Source: Octopus bimaculoides
Lineage: Eukaryota
Reading direction: 5' to 3'
DNA: 64,000 bases
Assembly: GCF_001194135.2 (NCBI RefSeq)
Contig: NC_068993.1
Span: 28,039,908 to 28,103,907, forward strand
This document shows positions 11,806-24,925 of the stretch, in pieces (within the stretch, counting starts at the first letter, position 1; each line of letters begins with the position of its first letter). Under the pieces are notes generated by a model, which saw nothing but the letters and a program-made list of their open reading frames with translations, was not told where the DNA came from and did no database searches. The position numbers were made by a program, and so were the translations under genes.

Positions 11806-14800
11806 TTAATTATATATATATATGTATATGTTGTAATCCAACGTTGGACAGTTGTAATGTTCACTCTGGCATAGCAGTATAGTTAGTTAGACAAGATACG
11901 ACTATCTATGACTGACTTTGCCAACTTCTCAATGATGACTTCTTACATCACAGTATTTGTAATGACTAACACACACCACTCATCACGTGGGAGGGGTGTT
12001 CCAATATTATTATTATTATTCCCGTAACATCTCCCCTTTTAAGTTTTTTTTTCCTAGGAAGTGTAATTTTATTTCTTTTTATTAACAATAATTTTTACTT
12101 CACCCAACCTCCCTTTTTTGAGTTTTTTAATACAGTTACACATTTAATATTTTTTTTTCGTTTGGCACCCACTTCCAGGAACTCCATACATCTTTTTTTT
12201 TCCTTTGCCTGTACGTTTTGGTTCAATTATTTGTAGTGGCATTGGTACTTGAAAAGTATCATATAACCATTCCATTAGTTCTTCCATGCTCTTGTGACTA
12301 TGCTAATAGCATTTTGGGGATTAGTAAATTACTACCAAATATAATCATTTCATTAGTTCTTCCATGCTCTCACAACGAATCTTTTTTTTTTTAGCTGATT
12401 TATGTGTCTCTTATATACCCATTTTCTTCCTTTTACCAAGTATAGCCATTTTCCTATGCGTTTGGTAATCACATCATCTTCTCAACTTTGTTTTCCATTC
12501 TTATATGCCCTAACAAATGCATTTTCAACAATTTTGAAGTATCTTGCTGTATTATCCATTGCAATTTTTCTTCTCTTACCAGGTAGCACTTTGTTGAAGA
12601 CTGATTTTATTTTCCTCACAAACATCAATTCCACTAGTGACATACCTACTAGTGTGTTTGGATTTGGTGTCACTCGGTATGCTCTTAGGAATTGTTGTAG
12701 AGCTACCTCATCTATGACTTCCTTATTCGACTTTCTTCGGGTTGTCTTGAACATACTGACAGTGTCCTGCTTGTTAATTAGATCTGGGATGGTATGGCAC
12801 AGTCATTACATGTTCTACAACGAATGTTTTACAAATGTTTTAAACTCAAAAGACACAAATTGTATTCCATAATCCCACTATAGTGTATGGGATCCAAATC
12901 TCGCAAACAGCTCATGTAGAAATTTTGTCGTAGTTGAAGAGGTTAGCTTTTTACACTTGCAAATTTCTGGCCCTTTTAGAAACTATCTACTACCACTAAG
13001 TAATATGAATCATTTAAGGGACCAGCAAAATCAATGTATAGTCTCAACCACAGAACATCAACTTTTGGTCAAGATTCACTTTTTATCATCGGTAATTTTG
13101 CTGCTACAGTACATCCTCTGCAGCCTTTAACTAAAATTTCAATTTCTCTATCCCCTTTTAGCCAGTACATGTAGCTATGTATTAAAGCTTTCATCCTCGA
13201 AATACCAGGATGTCCAACATGGAATTCCCTCAACATTTTCTTTTGCAGTGTTTACTCTCTCTGCATACATCAGTACACTATCACAAATTGAATATAGGTT
13301 TATGTCTTGATTTCATTTCACACTGATCCTGTTCCTATTTACTTTTCCTGTCCACAGTATTCCTTTCATTTTTGTTATGAATTTGTCCTTTTCCACATTT
13401 TGTTTTATGTCTTCTAGGGTCACCAGTAATTCACGTACCATATTCCACATTACTTTTTTTATTTCTCCTTCTGATCTTAATGCTGCAATTACCGTATCTT
13501 CAAATGGCTAGCTGTGTTTCAGTATCAGTCTGGACAAACCATCCTCAGGCCCTAGTTTCTTGAATTGTAAATATTCCATTTTGAAATCATAATTCAATAA
13601 TGTAGTACCCCATTGCTGTAGTCTATTAGCTGTGTGTGTTGGTATTCCTTTTTCAGAACTGTATATTGACAGTAGTAGATGATGATCCATTTGTAGACAG
13701 AAACTTCTTTGAATAAATCTATGGAATTTTTTGATACCAAATACAATTGTTAACACTTTTTCTGTTTAGCTATAGTTCCTTTCTGCAGGTAATAATGATC
13801 ATGATGCATGGGCTACAACCTTTTTACTTCGATCGTTATATTTGTGGAGAAGCACTGCTCATACACCGTAATCACTCGCATCTATAGCCAATATGATATC
13901 CAGCTTCAGATCAAAAAGCATTAATGATAAGTTCGACGTTAACATGTTTTTTAATTCATTAAAGGCCTTCTGGCGCTTATCAGTCCAGCACTATTTTGCA
14001 TTTTTCATTTAGCGGGACCCTTACATTGTGTATATTGGGGATATCAATTTGGTAGTAATTTACTAATCCCCAAAATGCTAGTAGCATAGTCACAATATTC
14101 AGTGTGTGCATATCTTTTATCGCAGTTGCTCTGGATGGATCTGATTTCCCTCCATTTTTATCTATTATCTGGCCAAAGTATTTAATTCTTTTCAGAAAGA
14201 ACTCACATTTTTCTTCACTTAGCTTAAAGTTGTATTCTCTTATCTTTTTGAATACCCTTTTTACATGTTCTACATGTTGTTTGTGTGGTTCACTTTTTAT
14301 TATGATATCGTCTAAATAGGCAATAGCAAAATCACAGTCCACCAGCATTGTATCCATTACTTATTGAAATATGGAAGGAGCCACTTTTACACCGAAGGGA
14401 AGCCACTTAAATTTAAATAAGCTATGGTGTGTATTAATGGCTAATAAGTGTGAGCGCTCTTCTTCTACTTGGATTTATAAGTATGCCTCCAAGCAGTCTA
14501 ATTTTGAGATGAATTTCCCTCCATCTATGCGAACACTTCCTCTGGACTCAGTAATGAGTAGTTATGTGGTCTTAAGCAATTGCTTAAACCTGTTGAAAAG
14601 TCTGTACAAACTCGTGACTTATTATTTTTCTTTTTTCAGTAGACCATAGGTGCTGCCCAATGTGAGTGATCTGTCTTCTCGATTATTTCTAGGCTTTCAA
14701 GTCTTCCTAGTTCCTTATTTACCTGTTCTAGCGCCGCGAACAGTACATTACATTTTGGCTTAAATACAGGTGTTGCACTTTGTTTTACTACAATTTTTGC

Positions 14801-15143
14801 CTTCGTTTCCACGCAGCAGCCCATCTGAGAATAAATGTTTTATTTTTCATTACAATCCCTTAGCCACATTCAAACCTTCGACTGAACCGACTATATTTCC
14901 ACACAAAAAACTTATGGGCATATTCCACAATTTGAACAGTTCCATCCACTCTGTGTCAAACAAATTTACTGAATTGACACATACACTTTTGTTATTTTCA
15001 TTTGGTCACGAAAAGTCACATTACACAAAAATTCATCTACAAAATACAATCTTTTACCCGTAACACAGTGTGCTACTTTTGTAGATTTACTTAATTTTGG
15101 CTTACCGATATACTTCCAAGTTTCTTCATTTACAATGGTAATA

Positions 15144-18100
15144 CAGTAGATTCACTTTATGAATCCACTGATAATAAATCCACCCGCTTAATGTATCCAA
15201 AATGGGTTGGGATGGAATTTTTACACATAAAATCTCTCGTTTAATAAATCCAAATCATCACTTAGTAAATCCAATTGTTACTGCTCCTTCCTAAAGTTTC
15301 AACAAGGGGCAGCGAACAAATGAAGTGCTTTTTTTTTCTACTCTTAAATACTGACAGGTAGGCTCCAGCAGCCACAGTCAGCCAGCTGTCACATGGTACA
15401 CTCCATCATCCTAAAATAGATCAATAAATATGTAGTTCCTGGCAGTGACTGATGGAGTCTACCACACAACATTGTCATTCAAGCGAAAAATAAGGCTCCG
15501 AGACACCTCTTATCAAAATTACGCGCCCTTCTCATTTATTGGATGATGGTGTGTACCACGTGACAGCTGGCTGATTGTCACTGCTGGAGCCTACCTGTCA
15601 GTATTTAAGGATGAAATAAATGCGTCATTCCTCGTTCACGTAGAGAGGCAGACATACACACAAGTTGTTCAAAATGAGAAGAGAGAGGCAGGACAAATCC
15701 GTGGCAGAAAAGATTCAATTGTTAGAGCATTACAAAGCTCTTGGGAAAACAATTCAGTGGCAAGCAGTACAGAGTTGAGGAATTTCAAGAGGTCTGCTCC
15801 AGAATTTGCTAAAGAATGAGGATGACCTTCGTGCCAAAAAACACAATAGCTGTTCATCAAAGAGAAAGCGCCAATGAGAGGGACAAGACCAACAAATAGA
15901 CCGTACTCTCTACGATTGGTTTGAAGTTATTCGCTCGGGAAATGTTCCCGTCAATGGCTTGATCCTAATGCACAAAGCCAATACTGTTGCTCAAGCTGCT
16001 GGACACGATTTTAAGGCATCCGAAGGTTAGTTTTACCATTGGCAAAAAGACATGGAATCTCTTTTACAGTTCTAAAAGGTAAGAGTTGTAGTTCACAAGT
16101 TCACGTTTTTCTCTTTAGAGAACACAAACTAAACATTTCATATTTTGTAGGTGATGCAGCTGAAGCTGATGTCAATGGTACCCATCAATTTCATGAGACA
16201 ACCATACAGTTTCTGTTGAAACTGTATCAACCACAGGACATCTACAATGCTGATGAAACTGAGATCTACTTTCGTGCATTACCAAGAAATACATATGTCA
16301 ATGAGAGTTGCAAGAAAACTGTGAGGGGCTTTAAGACAGCAAAGGACCGTGTGACCTTGATGATGGCCTGCAACATGAATGGAGACAAAGAAGACTTGCT
16401 CTTAANNNNNNNNNNNNNNNNNNNNNNNNNNNNNNNNNNNNNNNNNNNNNNNNNNNNNNNNNNNNNNNNNNNNNNNNNNNNNNNNNNNNNNNNNNNNNNN
16501 NNNNNNNNNNNNNNNNNNNNNNNNNNNNNNNNNNNNNNNNNNNNNNNNNNNNNNNNNNNNNNNNNNNNNNNNNNNNNNNNNNNNNNNNNNNNNNNNNNNN
16601 NNNNNNNNNNNNNNNNNNNNNNNNNNNNNNNNNNNNNNNNNNNNNNNNNNNNNNNNNNNNNNNNNNNNNNNNNNNNNNNNNNNNNNNNNNNNNNNNNNNN
16701 NNNNNNNNNNNNNNNNNNNNNNNNNNNNNNNNNNNNNNNNNNNNNNNNNNNNNNNNNNNNNNNNNNNNNNNNNNNNNNNNNNNNNNNNNNNNNNNNNNNN
16801 NNNNNNNNNNNNNNNNNNNNNNNNNNNNNNNNNNNNNNNNNNNNNNNNNNNNNNNNNNNNNNNNNNNNNNNNNNNNNNNNNNNNNNNNNNNNNNNNNNNN
16901 NNNNNNNNNNNNNNNNNNNNNNNNNNNNNNNNNNNNNNNNNNNNNNNNNNNNNNNNNNNNNNNNNNNNNNNNNNNNNNNNNNNNNNNNNNNNNNNNNNNN
17001 NNNNNNNNNNNNNNNNNNNNNNNNNNNNNNNNNNNNNNNNNNNNNNNNNNNNNNNNNNNNNNNNNNNNNNNNNNNNNNNNNNNGGAGACAGGGTCTAGGA
17101 AGCGAAACCTTTAAACTTCTTTTTCTTATTTTTTCCAGCATGCTTGTTTGAAATGATTACTGCGGAAACAAACCGTTACGCAGAATGTAAACAAGCCGGA
17201 AAAAAAGATAGCATGTGAGAGACACTAGCAGTACCCCCAGTACGTGGAGAACCAAGCTTTGATCCCTTATTTAAAATAAGACCCCTCATCGACTGCGTTC
17301 AAAATGCATATAAAACATTTTACAAGCCTGAGAGATACTTATCCATCGATGAGGGCATGGTGGGGTATAAAGGAAGAGTATGCTTCCGACAGTATATGCC
17401 AAGAAAGCCCACAAAATGGGGGATCATAGTTTGAAAAATTTGTGAGGCAAATACTGGGTAATGCTGTGGATTTAGCTTTTATACAGGGAAAAGAGACAAT
17501 AATGTTAGTCAGCATGGCCTAGGGTACGATGTGGTCTGGAATTGATCACATTCATACCATAACCAGGGCAGTCAAACTTTAGTTTGACCCGGTGACAAAA
17601 ATAAAAAAAATATTAGTCTGATAGGTGTAAAACAACTCGCTGGGAACGAATATGAAGAAAAAAATGCGCGCTCGCGAACGGGGTGGGTGGGGAAAGTGCT
17701 TGGAACATTCACATCGTGAATGTTCCGAGACACCTCACCGGAGCCAAGAAACAAAAGAAAAATAGTGTAATAGATGTAAAACGACTTGCTTTGAAAGAAT
17801 ATCAAGAACACACACACACATATATATAACATTAGTCTAAATTCATGATTATTTTAGAATTTAATTGAAAGTCATGAGGGGTGTATTTTGGTCAGAAATA
17901 TAGTAACAAAAGGGTTAATCAGAAAGGCTGGTTGCCAAGATGCTTCAAAAATGTCAAAATGCTTCTGATTCAGTATGACTTTTCAACCAACGCGAGGATG
18001 ACAGAAAAAAATCCAAGGAAGATGGCTCAGATCTTGGGTTCATCGTTTGCGGGAATCTGACAATTGCTCTTCTCTTGTAGTCATCAATGATCTCAAAAAC

Positions 18101-18948
18101 ATCACTTAAAAATTTTTTCCTCCCAGCACAATATCAGTGCTGCAGCCCTGTGACATGGGGATAATCAAGACCTTCAAAGCCTACTTCAAACATGAAATAC
18201 ACAAGAAGATCATTGATGTTATGGAAAACACTGAATGTGACATTTTTGCCCAAGAAGTTGCAAAGCAGGTCACCATTTTGGATGCCATGTACATGTTAAG
18301 CATAGCTTGGAAGAAGGTTTCTAGCCAGACAACCAAACATTGTTGGATCAAAGCTAGTTTTGTTTCAGCGGAAGAATCAAATGAAGCCAAAGATGTTAAC
18401 AAAGATTTGATCCTGCCTTCACTGCCTACTGGACTGACCAAAGCAGCAATTCGAGAACTGGTTGTCCATAGATGATGGGGCTGTTGTTGCTCTGGAGATC
18501 ATCACTGAAGAAGAAAATCTAGACAAGATCATTCATTTGGCAATCTGAGAAAGAAAACAGAGATGAAGATGACAATTCCGACATTGATGTTGATGAAAGA
18601 GTTCCAGAGCCTCCAACACCAGCTGAAACGAGACACTATCTAACTCGATTAGAAAGTGGCCTTGAAAGTTTTGATTTCAGTGACATGAATCTTTTTAGAA
18701 CTCTTAAGGAAAAAAATCAATGCAGAGTTGCGAACAAAGCATCCAACAAGGCAAACAACACTCGACAAATTTTTCATTCAATAACATTGTTTCTAATGCT
18801 TTTATTTGTGTATTCACATATGTATGTATTTTAATAAATATACATGCTTAATCAATCGGTGAATTTTGTTCCCTCTGCTAATAAATCCCTTATTTAATAA
18901 ATCCAAAATAGGTGGTCCCAAGATGGATTTATAAAGCAGGGTCTACTA
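15144..18948 (+). mobile_element. pogo/Tigger-like DNA transposon (about 2.3 kb without the piggyBac), inserted at TA in the Gypsy protease
   Basis: TIRs cagtagattcactttatgaatcca / tggatttataaagcagggtctacta with a TA duplication and repeated aataaatcc subterminal motifs. CENP-B-type HTH (LYDWF..IRSGNVPVNG...FKASEG) and DDE_1 motifs YNADET, DNCSS, QPCDMGII. Confidence 0.92.
16406..17914 (+). mobile_element. Internally deleted piggyBac transposon inserted at TTAA in the pogo transposase (5' part lies in an N gap)
   Basis: TTAA at 16402-16405 and GGG-TTAA at 17912-17918. Protein ETNRYA...DPLFKIRPLID...SIDEGMVGYKGRVCFRQYMPRKPTKWG...GLGYDVV. Confidence 0.9.
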
Positions 18949-20260
18949 TATCACTTCCAGTGTCTAACTGCATTTTCACTCTTATATTTTCAATTTTCAC
19001 ATTTGCGAATTTCCTTTTTGTCACATTACCATTTTCTTTTGACAACATCTTGTTTACTCTTTTTTCTTTGTTCCAGTGTTTTGTCATCTTGGTTTTACAG
19101 TGCGCTTTCACTGGTCCAATTTTTTTCACAATGGAAACATTCCACTTTCGAAAATGGACAGTTTTTCTCAGGTGTAGACCTCCACATAGAAAACAGGGGT
19201 TTATTTCCTGACTTTTATCCTGTTTGTATTGTATTTTAGTACACACTTGATTTCTATTCTGCCTGTTTCGCACTTGTTTACTTGGGAGCAATCTTTATGT
19301 TCAATTTTCTTTGCATCGTTGCCTTAGATTTACTATTTTTTCACACTCTTCAGGCACTTGTTGTAAGGTTACAGCTTGGTTTTGTGCCAGCTTAGCGAGA
19401 ATTCTTGTTCTGAGTTCTACATTTCTTTCAGCAGTTAGTCCAAGGCACTTGAACATGTCTGGTTGGCGTCAACTTGCCTGTTTGAACTATTCACATTCTC
19501 TGTTAACTCTACTAGCATATGTGATGTTGTCCTCTTTGCTGTTCTTTTCTAGGTTTAAAAATTTCCAGCGTGTATTGAACAACAAGCTTTTCCTGTTAAA
19601 AATTTTACACAATATGTCTATTGTATTTCTAAAGTTTATGTCAGAAGGTTTTTTTCAGGAGTACATAATTGCTGTAATGCTCATGTTCTCCTGCAGCCAG
19701 TTTTCTTAGGATTAGATGCGTTTTCATATCATTGTCCCAATCTTTGCACTCTTTATTGAAGATCTGTTCACATCTTCTATAGTACGCCTCGAAGGTAACT
19801 CCTTCATCTGGTTCATACTTAAATTCTGTTTTTGAGTTTGCAACATAATCTGGCAAGAACATCTTTTCAGCATTTTTGGACAACTTACTATTCATTAGTT
19901 GCAGCATTTGTAGCTGTAACAATAATTGTTGTTGTTGCTGTTTTTGCAATTTGAGCAAACTGACCAACAATCCTTCCATAATTTTACAATTTTGTATACT
20001 GTAAAATTCACACAAAAACATTTTGTGAGTTTGTTTAATCCTCGTGAGTTTGTTAATTCCTCATTGCCACTGTTGTAATCTAATGTCAGACTGTTGCAAC
20101 ATCCACTCCGATATAGTAGTATAGTTAGTTAGACAAGTAAGACATGACTATCTATGACCGACTTCTCAACTTCCTACGTCATAGTATTTGTAACAACTAG
20201 CACATACTACTCGTCACATGTGAGGGGTGTTCCATCATTATTATTATTATCTCCATAACA

Positions 20261-21260
20261 ATATCATCATCATCATTTAATATCTGCTTTTCATGCTGGC
20301 ACGGGTTGGATGGTTTGACTGAGGACTGGCAAGCTGGGAGGCTACATCAGGCCCCAATCTGATCTGGCAAGGTTTCAACAGCTGGATGCCTGTCCTAATG
20401 CCAATCACTCCAAGAGTGTAGTGGGTTCTTTTTACATGCCACTGGTACAGGAGCCGGTTAGGTCGCACTGGTATCAACCATGCTTGAATGGTGATTTTTA
20501 CATGCCACCCAGCACGGGTGCCAGTCAAGCAGCACTGGCATCGACCATGACTACAATTTCACTTGGTTCAACAGGTTTTCTCAAGTACAGCATATTGCCA
20601 GATGATTGAAGGGGTACCTTTAAATGGGCCAGTTATGCAACACTGGCATCGGCCATGGCTAAGATCTCACTTAGGTTGCCAGGTCTTCTCAAGCACAGCA
20701 TATCTTCAAAGGTCTCAGTCACTTGTCATTGCCTCTATGAGGCTCAATGTCCAAAGGTTGTGCTTCACCACCTCATCCCCTGTCTTCCTGAATCTACCTC
20801 TTCCACAGCTTCCCTCCACTGTTAGGGTGTGACACGTCTTCATACAGCTGTCCTCATCCATATGCACACCAGGTCTGATGCTTCTTATGTTCAACTTTTC
20901 TCTCAGGGCACTTAAACTCTGTCATGTATGCACACTGACATTACACATCCAGCAGAGCATACTAGCTTCATTTCTTTCAAGCTTACACATGTCCTCAGCA
21001 GTCACAGCCCATGTTTCACTGCTGTGTAGCATGGCTGATCCCACACAGGCATTATACAGTCTACCTTTCAGTCTGAGCGAGAGGCCCTTTGTTACCAGCG
21101 GAGATAGGGGCTCTCTGAAGTTTGCCCAGGCTATTCTTATTCTAGTAGCCACACTTTCAGAGCCCCCATCCCCGCTACTGACTTGGTCACTTAGGTAACG
21201 GAAACTATTAACTACTTCTAGTTTTTTCCCCTGGCATGTGATGGAATCTGTTTTCTATAC
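20261..21260 (-). mobile_element. RTE LINE 3' portion with (GAT)n tail
   Basis: ATRIRIAWANFREPLSPLVTKGLSLRLKGRLYNACVGSAMLHSSETW. The 3'UTR carries units of about 65 bp. Confidence 0.9.
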
Positions 21261-21261
21261 A

Positions 21262-22025
21262 TCTTCAGTGTTTATTTGACTGTGGCCATGCTGGAGCACT
21301 GCCTTTAGTTGAACAAATTGACCCTAGGCTTATTTTTTGTAAGCCCAGTACTTATTCTATTGGTTCTTTTGCTGAACCACAAAGTTACAGGGATGTTAAC
21401 ACCAACATCAGTTGTCAAGTGATGGTTGGGGAGACAAACACAGACACACAAACATATATTCAACAGGCTTCTTTCAGTTTCCATCTACCAAATCTACTCA
21501 CAAGGCTTTGGTTGGCCCAAGGCTATAGTTGAAGACACTTGCCCAAAGTGCCATGCAGTGGGACTGAACCCAGAACCACATGGTTGGGAAGCAAGCTTAT
21601 TACCACACAGCTTTTTTTCTTTTTTACTTGTCTCAGTTATTGGACTGCGTCCATGCTGGGACATTGTCTTGAAGGGTTTTTAATCCAATAAATTGACCTC
21701 AGCCCTTTTTTTAAAGCCTGGTGCTTATTTTATTGATTTCTTTTGTCGAATTGCTAAGTTATGGTGACATATNNNNNNNNNNNNNNNNNNNNNNNNNNNN
21801 NNNNNNNNNNNNNNNNNNNNNNNNNNNNNNNNNNNNNNNNNNNNNNNNNNNNNNNNNNNNNNNNNNNNNNNNNNNNNNNNNNNNNNNATATATATATAAG
21901 TCACTCACAAAGCTTTGGTCAGCCTGGGGCTAGAATAGAAGACACTTGCCAAAGTGCCATGCAGTGAGACTGAACCTGAAACTATGTGGTTGGGAAGCAA
22001 GCTTCTTACCACAGTCATATCAGCA
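21262..22025 (-). mobile_element. Two tandem family-A SINE copies (second one spans an N gap)
   Basis: Similar to 5187-5581. Confidence 0.8.
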
Positions 22026-22336
22026 CGCACGCACACACACACACACACACACACCACAGACAGATGGATAAATCACAAATGATAGATAGATATATAGATA
22101 ATACGGCTGAAGGAAAGTACCCAAGAGGAATGTTTTCTATACTAAATACACATACTGTAAGGTTTTTACATTGGTAATATAGGGATTAACTGAGCTAACA
22201 AAAACTACCTGTAGAGTTTTGCACTTTTCCAGGGTAGATCAAGAGGTTACTCTCTTTCACTTTACACCTGACTCTCTTCAAGTTCAAAATTATTTACACT
22301 GCACTTATGTTTTACTAATATCATGGTTCCTTCTCT

Positions 22337-23200
22337 TTACTTGAAAGGGTTTGTGGCATTCCATTTCCCAGTCACTAATGGTAGTTTCCTCCTGAACCAG
22401 CTTTGGGGTTCTGGGGCATCCATCCTTTGAGCTTCCACCCAAAACCTCTGAGAACAAGTTGTAGTCTTACTGCCACTTATACTGGCATTGGGTGGTGATT
22501 GCAATATATTTTCAAACTGACCCCTCAACCTTTGGATCAAACATGTCCCTTATTAACCCACGTGATGGATGATGCGGTATGGTTATTTTCTTTAACTCTT
22601 TTTTTATATTGCAGTTTTTGGTGGAGGAGGTAAAACACTACCAGCTAGATATAGTTAGTGTATCTTCTACAAAGATCTGTGGTTCTGACACAAAAGTTTT
22701 GGATAGAGTGTGGAAACTCCACTGTTTGGGTGTGATGCTAACTATGTCTGTACAGGCCCCAGCTGCAAGATTGAATTATGGAGTAGATACCACTAGGCTG
22801 AAGGAAGGACTGATATGGCTGTTGCAAGTATATGCATCAAACAGTGAGACCATAGCTTTTGCTGTCATCTTAGACCTCTTTCATTCTGTGTTAGATGTTC
22901 ATGTAAAGAGAGAGGCTGAGCAATCAACTAATTTCTACCTAGCTGTCTGAACTGTCTACAGCAGAGAGAACTCACTAACTGGTAAGTCCAGTGCAACTTA
23001 CAAGATAAAAGGGAATCCCTGGCAAATAATGGAATCAGAAATAACTATGTGGATACTATTGCAACCAAATTCAGAGCCCTTCCTGATAAAACTGAGTTAT
23101 TCTCTGGCTGACTTGTGTATGTCAGGTGGCTTGGACCTCTGAAAAGACACCAAAGCAATGGTGACTATGGGTGGTAACCCCAACTTTTATTTAAAAAGGA
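22337..23200. mobile_element. RTE-like LINE endonuclease fragment with an inverted 5' segment
   Basis: Minus strand 22560-22337 ends RKLPLVTGKWNATNPFK. Plus strand from about 22610 reads LVEEVKHYQLDIVSVSSTK...LLQVYASNS (APE N-terminus). Confidence 0.65.
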
Positions 23201-23359
23201 GGCAAGAGAGAGTACTTTAATTATAGAGGTATCTCCTTGTCAAGCCTTTGTGCTAAGTATCTAGAAAATAGATGTAGGGAAATTGTATGGCACAAGGCAA
23301 CCTCACAAGTGCTGCTATTGCAATAGCATGCACTCAATACAGGGTTGATAGGACACGTT

Positions 23360-23630
23360 TGTCTTGACCTGTCATGGATATGACATGCTGGTGCCATGAT
23401 AAAATGCAATCAGTACACTCTGTGAAGTAGCTAGAGTTAAGAAGAGCATCTAGCTATAGAAACCAAATGTAAAAAGATAACATGATAGCAACATATGGTT
23501 TCCCTCACCCTTCTAGAAAGGCAGTAACTGAATAAAACAGAAATCAAAATGTGACAACCCATTCAATCCATGCCAGCATGGAAAGCAGACATAAAATGAT
23601 GATGACAATGATGGTGATGATGTTTTTTTG
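23360..23630 (+). mobile_element. RTE-type 3' tail, decayed
   Basis: ...ccatgccagcatggaaagcagacataaaatgatgatgac tail. Confidence 0.65.
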
Positions 23631-24925
23631 ATGACTAGAATGGATCTTTTATGATGTAACTGCTTCCAATATAATGGTCTCAAGTGAAACCACTCGGAGA
23701 CCAAAGGAGGTGTACGGTTGATGAAATCAATTTCAGTTCTTGACTGGCACCTTATTTTATCAACCTAACAAGGATGAAAGGCATTTTATTTGTATGTGAA
23801 GAAAATTGTAAGTAGGTTAGGATGCCGGATTACTGACCACATGGCCACAAGTTCAAATCTTAGCCATTAACATTGAACTCCTGAACAAAACATAAAAATC
23901 TGCTGATCCCTCTTTGTGTCACTGAAAACAAAAAAAAAAAAAAGCAGAAACATTTTTCAGCCCTATTTCATAGTTGAGTTGTTAAGTAGTAAGAACAGTG
24001 AAATACTGTACCCAACATTTCAGGTACAGTAAAATGATATATCCACCATTCCAGGTACACAACCCTCAATTTTTAAGGGGTGGTCCTTGCTTTTTATGTA
24101 CTCTAATGCATAAAACATTACAGCCTGAAGACAAAGAGGATAGTAGAGAAAGTATAAAGATGTGCAGACTGTCACTTTGCAACCTTATGTGATGAACTAC
24201 TGTATGGCTATACAATAACAGTAGCAGGTGTACAAGAACAAAATGGATAATGGAGAGAGTACAATGCCAAAACTGCAATGTACCCCATACAATTAACACT
24301 TTACTTACCATCTTCGAACAATATGATTTAATTCATTCTGAAAACCACCTGGAATTTAATAAAACTTGGCAAATGTTTCATTTATTGGTGTACATCAAAT
24401 TAACGTTTCAAATAACAGAAATTTATGAGGGAAGTTTTTCCCTCATAAATTTATGTTCGGTGTACACCAATAAATGAAACATTTGATAAGTTTTACTAAA
24501 TTTAAATAAGAACATTTTAAACATTTGTAACATTGAAACAAATGCAGTTTCAAGCAGATTGGTATGAAAAAAGTGTACCACTGCATGGTGGAGTGCATGG
24601 CAGGCTGAAACAATACATCTATGGCTTTTATGTGGTCTTCCTTTTGATTGATTGTCATTAAACCATAGGTTTATTCAACCAAGGCTGACCTGGGATCACA
24701 CCACAAAAACAGTAGCAGTAGTTATCATTCCACCAAAAGAATGAAGGAAAATGGATGCAAAACAACAAAATAAGAGATGGAATGAAAATAAATGAGATGA
24801 AAGGGGAGAGAAAAAGGAAGGAAAGAAGAGAAGGAAAGCGAAAGAAGAAAGAAGGGGAAAAGAGTGAGAGAGAAAGAGAGAGAAGAGAGAAAGAGAGAGA
24901 AGAGAGAAAGAAAAAGTCAACTGAC

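Larger units (their letters stand above)
11829..20260 (-). mobile_element. Gypsy/Ty3 LTR retrotransposon (Mag/K02A2.6-like), decayed, about 4.6 kb without its nested insertions
   Basis: TG..CA LTRs at 11829-12029 and 20071-20260, PPT aaagggggaga (12030-12040) and PBS-like tggcaatgag. Domains: gag (FEAYYRRCEQIF...LRKL..EHEHYSNYVL), CCHC remnant, protease LDTGSD, RT YLDD, RNase H DASDYG, integrase IDFAGP. Confidence 0.93.

Noticed and set aside
16039-17151. Long ORFs in the track (also 3645-4250, 49929-50828, 59813-60598 and similar)
   Set aside because: Their length comes from N runs translated as X. Only the flanking transposon-derived parts are real.
23998-24192. Plus-strand ORF containing YPPFQV, reminiscent of the Tec PH YPFQV motif
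   Set aside because: It is on the wrong strand for the kinase and shows no further similarity, so it is coincidence.
24660-24915. Lys/Glu/Arg-rich and hydrophobic ORFs next to the kinase exon
   Set aside because: This is a GA-rich intronic low-complexity tract just past the donor at 24925.
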